In this document: one piece after another, positions 57,647 to 64,000 of the stretch
Position numbering within the stretch: the first letter of the stretch is position 1
Layout: the number at the start of each line of letters is the position of its first letter
Source of the DNA: an uncultured Nitrososphaerales archaeon
GTDB lineage: Archaea > Thermoproteota > Nitrososphaeria > Nitrososphaerales > Nitrososphaeraceae
DNA: 64,000 nucleotides
NCBI GenBank assembly: GCA_963713605.1
Contig: CAVQMO010000001.1
Coordinates: 384,001-448,000, forward strand
Direction of reading: 5' to 3'
Made by a program: the position numbers and the translations under genes
Notes under the pieces: generated by a model
Database searches by the model: none
Told to the model about the DNA's origin: nothing
What the model saw: the letters and a program-made list of their open reading frames with translations, nothing else

Positions 57647-57735
57647 TCGATGTCACTCTATGAATGTAACTACAATATAGAGTATTGTAAATCATAGAAT
57701 GTATCATAATTCAATAAGTGGTCTGAGTCCACTAA

Positions 57736-57906
57736 TTAGAAGACCCTGCGTTTAATCCAGCTATATCTTCGGATATGTGGATCGGGGAATCCGCATTTCG
57801 AACATTGTTTTCCTCTCTTGTGGTAGGAGTTATGACCGCATCTTCTACAACGTATATGTGTCTTCTTTCGGGTGAAATTACCCATTGAAGTAGTGCCTTT
57901 TGTCAT
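57736..57906 (-). CDS. rpl37e: 50S ribosomal protein L37e
   Basis: Hand translation [24 protein letters not shown]; not in ORF track. Confidence 0.97.
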   Translation of the reverse strand: MTKGTTSMGNFTRKKTHIRCRRCGHNSYHKRGKQCSKCGFPDPHIRRYSWIKRRVF

Positions 57907-57919
57907 TTTACAATCTTCC

Positions 57920-58150
57920 TTACTGAGGAGGCGGGGATATTATGACAACGTTGTCTCCTCGTACAACAATGGTTCCTAAATCATTTGACTTACTTTCTTC
58001 CAATAATTCAACAGAGTCTTCAAGCAACAGATTCATGTGTTGGTCGAATCCGTGTAGACTCCCTCTGATCACTTTACCGCCCTTTAGCTTAATAAGCACA
58101 ACTTTCCCTAGGCTCTCGTCTAGAACCTTTACTGCCATGTCTACCGACAA
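57920..58150 (-). CDS. Sm-like (Lsm) RNA-binding protein
   Basis: [16 protein letters not shown]; adjacent to rpl37e. Confidence 0.95.
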   Translation of the reverse strand: MSVDMAVKVLDESLGKVVLIKLKGGKVIRGSLHGFDQHMNLLLEDSVELLEESKSNDLGTIVVRGDNVVIISPPPQ

Positions 58151-58301
58151 TCTTGATTCCTCTATAAAGCAATACTCACGTATATATTAAAATTCTGATT
58201 GTGCAATAACCCAGCGTGGCCGAGTCATAGAAATTGTATGTAATTGCTAGGAGCGAAAGGCGTGTCGCTTTACCTAATATCACAGGCATGTGTTTGGAAT
58301 G

Positions 58302-59009
58302 CTAGTCAAATTCAAGAATTGTTCTGATAACATTTTCGCTTATTTCACTGAGTAATTTCCTCCCCTTTTCAGCTGACGCAAGTTTCGGGTCTCCCCACAC
58401 CCCATTGCCAGTTAACTCAGGAAAAGAACCCGGCCTGCAAGTCATGCTCCTGTAGGCCTCTCTCGACTTCATGAGAATTTTGCCGCTTGCTTCCGCCTTA
58501 TCCATCTTTACCAGTGTTGGTTTTATTGCCAATAATATTGAAGTTTCCACCTCGCCCGCGTGATCGAATCTTTCATTCATCAAGGACCAATAATTGATTA
58601 TATGAACTGCTGAATCTGCTGACATTCTTTCAATTGTATTCTGAGAAACATATTGTAACACTCCCACATTCCCATGATGACCATTGATTATCACTATTTT
58701 TTTGATACCAAGATGGGCTATAGATATGCATATATCACACAATACATTGGAGAGTGTGGAATCGTGGACTGAAACGTTAAACATTGGGGCGTGTTCAAAC
58801 GATACCCCATAAGGAACAACAGGGAACACAAAATATTCCAATCTCCGACCTGCCTCTTTAGAAATGTGTTCAGCAATCAAGCAATCTGTTGACACTGGCA
58901 GGTGTTGTCCATGCTGTTCAAGTGAACCTACAGGTATTATCGCAGATTCGGTTTGTTCTAATCGATCGCGAAAATCCCTGTCACTTAAGTCGTAAATAGA
59001 TAGGGCCAT
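58302..59009 (-). CDS. Creatininase family amidohydrolase
   Basis: GSLEQHGQHLP..D, NGHHGN, HAGEVETS. Confidence 0.92.
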   Translation of the reverse strand: MALSIYDLSDRDFRDRLEQTESAIIPVGSLEQHGQHLPVSTDCLIAEHISKEAGRRLEYFVFPVVPYGVSFEHAPMFNVSVHDSTLSNVLCDICISIAHLGIKKIVIINGHHGNVGVLQYVSQNTIERMSADSAVHIINYWSLMNERFDHAGEVETSILLAIKPTLVKMDKAEASGKILMKSREAYRSMTCRPGSFPELTGNGVWGDPKLASAEKGRKLLSEISENVIRTILEFD

Positions 59010-59094
59010 TACAATTGTACGGACTAGCTTGAATATCAGTCTTATATTGTTGGCGGAGGTCTATAACCCTAAACCTATAATCCGAAGATCATTC

Positions 59095-59972
59095 TCAACT
59101 TTTGGATAAGGTATGTACTTTGCTCCAATAAACGTCTAATCTGTCATCAAGAAAAAGTTTAACTGCCTCTAATAGGGTTGCCGCCTTCCATCTGCTGACC
59201 CTTCTTTTTTATCGTCTCAAGAGTATCGTCTTCGGTTACCTTAAAGGCTTCTTGACAAATAATGGGGCCCTGGTCTAGTTCCTCAGTAACAAAATGGGCT
59301 GTACATCCCACTATTTTTGCACCTCTTTCGAATGCCTGCACATACGCGTAAGCTCCTGGAAATGCTGGTAATAATGAGGGGTGGATGTTTATGATTCTGT
59401 TAGGATAACGCCAGACAAAATTGGGTGTTAATACGCGCATATAACGAGCAAGTACTATGAGATCTATGTTATAATCTTCTATAACTTCCAAGATCTCACT
59501 TTCTGCATTTGATGAACCACCTTCATATGAGACCGAATGAAAGGGGATTGAAAAGCTCATCTGCAATGCTCTTGAGGGTACTTTCATTACCAATAATTAC
59601 TGAAATATTCGAGTCGATTTCCTTGTTTTGCAGAGCATCCAGTATTGATGACAAACAATGAGGTTCTTTACTTACTAATAGGGCAACGTTTTTCTTTCTA
59701 TTAGGCTCTTCAACGTGAGCCTTGATCTCCATTTGTAATTTGTTGGAAAGATCGCGCAGTTCTGAATGTATTTCATGAAGTTTTATAGCGTTATGAAACG
59801 AAGCTTCCAGATGCATTCCAAATAAACCGTGGACGACCTTCTGGTTAATCTGTTCAATATTTCCGCCATTACGGAAAATAGAGTTGGTTATTTCAGTCAC
59901 TACCCCCTCCCGATCCTTGCCTACCACGGTGATCTCGATTAGTGTCTTGTCTTTTGTGCTCCGACGAGCCAA
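59095..59972 (-). CDS. purU: Formyltetrahydrofolate deformylase (frameshifts at about 59560 and 59185)
   Basis: ACT domain GKDREG, SKEPHCL, LARYMR, INIHPSLLP, LDQGPII. Confidence 0.92.
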
Positions 59973-60154
59973 CGACGTAGAAATAAGTGATACTTTACAT
60001 AAACCTTACACCTTGAAAAAGTATAAATCCTTCGACTAAGTATGCGTATTTAGAATTAGAACCCAAATGTTCGTGCACATTAAGGACTTTGAAACATTTT
60101 GTCACACTGAACTGTGATATTATGAGAAAATATTTGCTATAGGCCAGAATCTAT

Positions 60155-60364
60155 ATGAAACGCGGGATCAATCGCCAGCCACAACAACAACAACATAGTA
60201 AGACGCGAGGGCATAAAAAAAATTTTGATTATAATAAGCCACTAGACAGATGTATAATTTGTTACACTATTTCAGGTTGGCATTGCGGAGATTGTAACAA
60301 CCATTTTTGCGCTGCACACTTTAACAACCATAAGCAGCTTGATCAATGCATCAAGCAAATATGA
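60155..60364 (+). CDS. Small zinc-finger protein
   Basis: CIIC...CGDC...FCAAHF..H. Confidence 0.6.
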   Translation: MKRGINRQPQQQQHSKTRGHKKNFDYNKPLDRCIICYTISGWHCGDCNNHFCAAHFNNHKQLDQCIKQI

Positions 60365-60379
60365 AGAAGTAAACATTCA

Positions 60380-60523
60380 TGCGGGGGGTGGGATTTGAAC
60401 CCACGAATCCCTTAGGAACAGGGTTATAGGAGTAGAGACCTGACCCATTCTAAGCCTCGCACAACCATGTATTTTTGTAACACATGAAGTCCTGCGCCGT
60501 TGGCCAGGCTTGGCAACCCCCGC
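60380..60523 (-). tRNA. tRNA-Leu(TAG) with two introns (about 60456-60490 non-canonical; 60425-60448 canonical 37/38)
   Basis: GCGGGGG/CCCCCGC acceptor, GGTTCAAATCC, long variable arm; splicing restores CAGGG-CTTAGAA-CCCTG. Confidence 0.9.
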
Positions 60524-61193
60524 TCGCAAGCTGTTCACTGTGCGCTTCAATATATTAGCGTTTATGGGTTAAGATGCATGATTCAACTATAGTGAGAATA
60601 CTATACCGAATGATAAAACAATAACTATCCCCATTGTGTAACGCAAGTACTTCGTAACCACTAGAATAGAATAAAGAGACGTTCTTAATTAGCATACCAG
60701 TCTAGCTGGGAAAGTTTTCACCTTGAAATTATTATTCTTTGCTAGTCTACATGATTAAACGTACTGATGCGATTCCATCGACGATTTCGTCAAGGGCAAT
60801 TGGGTTATGCTGCCCGTCAAACTTCGCGATGGGTCTAGGCTAAGATCACTCTTAGGGTACCAAAATACAAAATCACCAATCGCCTCGAGCTCAGCCTAAG
60901 TTCCCTTTTGCTTATTCTAATGCCAGTACGTGTAATCATAATCACTGTCAACAGTGATTCGACTGCTAATTAGCATTCCGTCTTAAAAATAATTTGAATG
61001 TGATCAGTTCACTGGATTAGTTCGCCTATGAAGTGAAATCATGGATCAGATTTATTTCATCATGAAGAAGAAGTGACCTCATCTGAGTTCTCTTTTTTAA
61101 TTTGATAAATTCCCTATTGATACACACTTGATGTAATCACTGTCATTAATGTGATCATTATCATTAAATTACATTTCAGAGCTTAAAAGCAGA

Positions 61194-62585
61194 ATGGAAC
61201 GTGAGCATACCCGCAAGCTATTTGGAACTAATGGAGTTAGAGGAATTTTCGGTCAAGACCTTAATATCGAGTTAATTATCAAAGTTTCTCGTTCATTAGC
61301 ATCGTTTTTTGCTAAAGGTCCACTCTTAGTCGGTTTTGACGGACGAATATCGAGTCCAATAATTTCCAGAATCGTTTCTGCAACGCATAATTCTTCCGGG
61401 GTGGATACCTCTATGGCAGGACTTCTACCCACTCCATGTTTGCAATACGCGACCAGATACTTAGGATATCAAGGAGGCATTATGATTACTGCTTCACATA
61501 ATCCCCCCGAATACAATGGAATTAAAGTGATTGCAAGTGACGGAGTAGAAATTTCAAGAGAAGACGAGTCCAAAATAGAGCTCAAATTTAATTCTGGTGA
61601 CATAACCCCAATAATGAAAATAGGACGAGAAAGTAAAGAAGATAGAGTTATTTCATCATATGTAGATTCTGCTATCAACATTGTAAAGTCAGAAAACATT
61701 TACCCAAAAGGATTCAAGATTGTAATGGATATTGGAAATGGGGTGCAAGCATTAGTTGCCCCGATGATAGCTCAGAAACTCGGATGTAAAGTTTTGACCG
61801 TGAATGGTAATATAGATGGTAACTTTCCTGGGAGGGGTTCTGAACCCACGCCCACTAACCTTATTACTCTTACTTCACTCGTAAAGTCCACTAATGCGGA
61901 CTTTGGGGTGGCGTACGACGGTGACGGGGATCGAAGTATTTTTTGCGATGAGAATGGGCAGATTATTTGGGGCGATAGATTAGGTGCCTCACTAATTAAG
62001 TATCTATTGAAGAATGGCTATGAAGGGACGGATATTGTCTGCCCAGTGAATACTACAATGATGGTTAGTATTGTCGCTAAGAACGAAGGATCTAAAGTTA
62101 TTCATACTAAGGTAGGAAGCGTCGAAGTTTCGCGAGAGATGATTAAAAGAAATGCGATGTTAGGGCTTGAAGAAAATGGCGGTTTCATGAATGCGAGGTT
62201 GAATTGTGTCCGAGATGGGGCCCTGACTACCCTATTGGTCTTGGAGATGTTATCGTCGAGCTCTGGAAAGCGGCCGCTTTCCAGGGAGATCATGGATCTG
62301 CCACAGATCTTTCAGTACAAGTCTAAATTCAATTGTAAGTCACTAGAGCTGGCTGAACGTGTCATTGAGTCGTGTTCAAGTCATGGCACAAATATTAGTG
62401 TAGAGAATCTTGACGGCATCAAGATCTGGATTGATGAAGAGACCTGGGTAATGGTAAGAGCTAGTGGGACTGAACCACTAATTAGAGTGTACGCAGAATC
62501 GACAGACAAAGATCTTTTGGACTCTAAGGTGCGCGAATACTCTAACGTTATTAGAAATGTGCTGGACAGTGACAAAGTCAGATAG
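61194..62585 (+). CDS. glmM: Phosphoglucosamine mutase / phosphohexomutase
   Basis: LFGTNGVRG, TASHNP, DGDGDR, RASGTEP. Confidence 0.92.
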   Translation: MEREHTRKLFGTNGVRGIFGQDLNIELIIKVSRSLASFFAKGPLLVGFDGRISSPIISRIVSATHNSSGVDTSMAGLLPTPCLQYATRYLGYQGGIMITASHNPPEYNGIKVIASDGVEISREDESKIELKFNSGDITPIMKIGRESKEDRVISSYVDSAINIVKSENIYPKGFKIVMDIGNGVQALVAPMIAQKLGCKVLTVNGNIDGNFPGRGSEPTPTNLITLTSLVKSTNADFGVAYDGDGDRSIFCDENGQIIWGDRLGASLIKYLLKNGYEGTDIVCPVNTTMMVSIVAKNEGSKVIHTKVGSVEVSREMIKRNAMLGLEENGGFMNARLNCVRDGALTTLLVLEMLSSSSGKRPLSREIMDLPQIFQYKSKFNCKSLELAERVIESCSSHGTNISVENLDGIKIWIDEETWVMVRASGTEPLIRVYAESTDKDLLDSKVREYSNVIRNVLDSDKVR

Positions 62586-62667
62586 CCCTTATCATGGATA
62601 ACATATTTAATACTCCACTGATCTCATATAGAAGAATCGAGATGATCCCAGAGGGTGATTATTTAAA

Positions 62668-63051
62668 ATGAGTAGGCCGTATTATGTCAAATTCGAGACA
62701 CCTAAAGACCTTGTGAATGTGATATACGAGGCAGTTAGAGTGGCTAAGCAGAGTGGAAAGGTACGTAGGGGAACCAATGAGACTACAAAATCCATTGAAC
62801 GAGGGAATACAAAATTAGTAGTGATTGCAGAGAACGTGGAACCACCTGAAGTTGTCGCTCATCTGCCAATTTTGTGTGAGGAAAGAAATGCTCCATATAT
62901 CTTTGTTCCAAGTAAGGAACAACTGGGAGCCTCTTTGGGTATGGACGTCGGATCAGCGGCTGCGACCATCCTTGATCCAGGTGAAGCTCAGACTATTGTT
63001 GAGCAAGTTCTTAATTCCATACAGCCGCTAAGAGACAAGAGAAAGGAATAG
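62668..63051 (+). CDS. rpl7ae: 50S ribosomal protein L7Ae
   Basis: [15 protein letters not shown]. Confidence 0.97.
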   Translation: MSRPYYVKFETPKDLVNVIYEAVRVAKQSGKVRRGTNETTKSIERGNTKLVVIAENVEPPEVVAHLPILCEERNAPYIFVPSKEQLGASLGMDVGSAAATILDPGEAQTIVEQVLNSIQPLRDKRKE

Positions 63052-63059
63052 AGGAGATT

Positions 63060-63275
63060 ATGAGCAAGTCATCCGAAGAGAGGATAAATCCGGCAGAGGT
63101 AATCCAGATAGTAGGTCGAACAGGGATCGCGGGAGAGGTTATCCAAGTTAGAGTGAGGATCCTTGAAGGAAAGGACAAAGGCCGAATCCTGACAAGGAAT
63201 GTCAAAGGATCAATAAGAATGAACGATATATTGATGCTCCGAGAAACAGAGCGAGAAGCTCGAAAAATAAAGTAA
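63060..63275 (+). CDS. rps28e: 30S ribosomal protein S28e
   Basis: GRTG..GEVIQV, RNVKG, ETEREAR. Confidence 0.97.
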   Translation: MSKSSEERINPAEVIQIVGRTGIAGEVIQVRVRILEGKDKGRILTRNVKGSIRMNDILMLRETEREARKIK

Positions 63276-63307
63276 GGTTCAGTGTATTAGGGGTGTTAGA
63301 CTAGTAA

Positions 63308-63523
63308 ATGAGTAAATCAGCAACTTCATTGCGTAATTGTTCCTTTTGCGGAAAACATATTCCTTTAAGTCAGGGGATAATGCTGGTCCGTAATGACGGG
63401 TCGATACAATGGACTTGCTCATCCAAATGCAAGAAAAATCTTAGAGAACTGAAACGGGATCCGAGGAAACTGAAATGGACAAAGAAGTACATGAAAGGTG
63501 GTATTAAGGTAGGAAAGGGTTAA
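63308..63523 (+). CDS. rpl24e: 50S ribosomal protein L24e
   Basis: CSFCG, CSSKC, PRKLKWT. Confidence 0.97.
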   Translation: MSKSATSLRNCSFCGKHIPLSQGIMLVRNDGSIQWTCSSKCKKNLRELKRDPRKLKWTKKYMKGGIKVGKG

Positions 63524-63527
63524 TTTC

Positions 63528-63935
63528 TTGGGAGAGCGAACTCTTGTTGTTATCAAACCAGATGCTGTAAAGAGAAAATTAGCTGGAACGATAATTTCTA
63601 GGTTTGAAGAAAAGGGATTCATTATTGAGAATCTGAAGTCATACTCATTTACCAAGGAAAAAGCTGAAGAGTTTTATTCGGCTCATAGCAATAAACCATT
63701 TTTCAATGAATTAGTTTCTTTTATCACTTCTGGTCCTACAATGGCGTTAATTCTGGACGGTAACAATGCAATAAATGCCGTACGGATCATGATAGGTTCA
63801 ACAAAATCCTATGAAGCTGCTCCTGGTACAATCCGAGGAGATTTAGCCCTTAACATAACTGATAATATAGTCCATGCATCAGATTCATATGAAAGCTTCA
63901 TAAAAGAGGCTGGAGTGATTTTTGATAGCATCTAA
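63528..63935 (+). CDS. ndk: Nucleoside diphosphate kinase
   Basis: IKPDAV, PGTIRGD, NIVHASDS. Confidence 0.97.
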   Translation: MGERTLVVIKPDAVKRKLAGTIISRFEEKGFIIENLKSYSFTKEKAEEFYSAHSNKPFFNELVSFITSGPTMALILDGNNAINAVRIMIGSTKSYEAAPGTIRGDLALNITDNIVHASDSYESFIKEAGVIFDSI

Positions 63936-64000
63936 GTGGCACTCAGGCATCCAGTTGTAGTTGTACTTGGTCACGTAGACTCCGGTAAAACCTCTCTATT
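63936..64000 (+). CDS. infB: Translation initiation factor aIF5B/IF-2 (5' end, truncated by window)
   Basis: GTG start, LRHPVVVVLGHVDSGKTSL P-loop; conserved position after ndk. Confidence 0.93.
   Translation, partial: MALRHPVVVVLGHVDSGKTSL

Noticed and set aside
60480..60495. tRNA-Sec or opal suppressor (TCA)
   Set aside because: The TCA lies in intron 1; the stem pairs perfectly only in the spliced Leu(TAG) form
1..64000. CRISPR array, rRNA or intact transposase/integrase
   Set aside because: No regularly spaced repeats, rRNA-like tracts or complete recombinase ORFs were seen

Overview
64 kb of archaeal chromosome, most likely from a soil-type ammonia-oxidising archaeon (Nitrososphaerota, probably Nitrososphaeraceae). 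Support for this: archaeal ribosomal clusters (rpl7ae-rps28e-rpl24e-ndk-infB; Sm-rpl37e; rps17e-MoaD-cgi121), intron-containing tRNAs, several blue-copper proteins, an AOA-type heme-copper oxidase cluster and a probable malonate-semialdehyde reductase of the 3HP/4HB cycle. More than 20 genes, including essential ones, are split by single-base frameshifts, which most likely reflects uncorrected long-read indels; they are reported as joined genes. Main points of interest: (1) an LbpA/GcvH-like plus TusA fusion whose lipoyl lysine is replaced by Arg, convergent with a tandem rhodanese; (2) a convergent htpX-pspAB / pspAA-pspA locus in which PspAA has a ~110-aa basic tail; (3) a 272-bp near-identical cupredoxin-coding repeat on both sides of coxA, plus an apparently split Cox2; (4) a decayed integrase island at an intron-containing tRNA-Pro; (5) a two-intron tRNA-Leu; (6) several microproteins absent from the ORF track. 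All assignments come from motif recognition by eye; no database searches were run.
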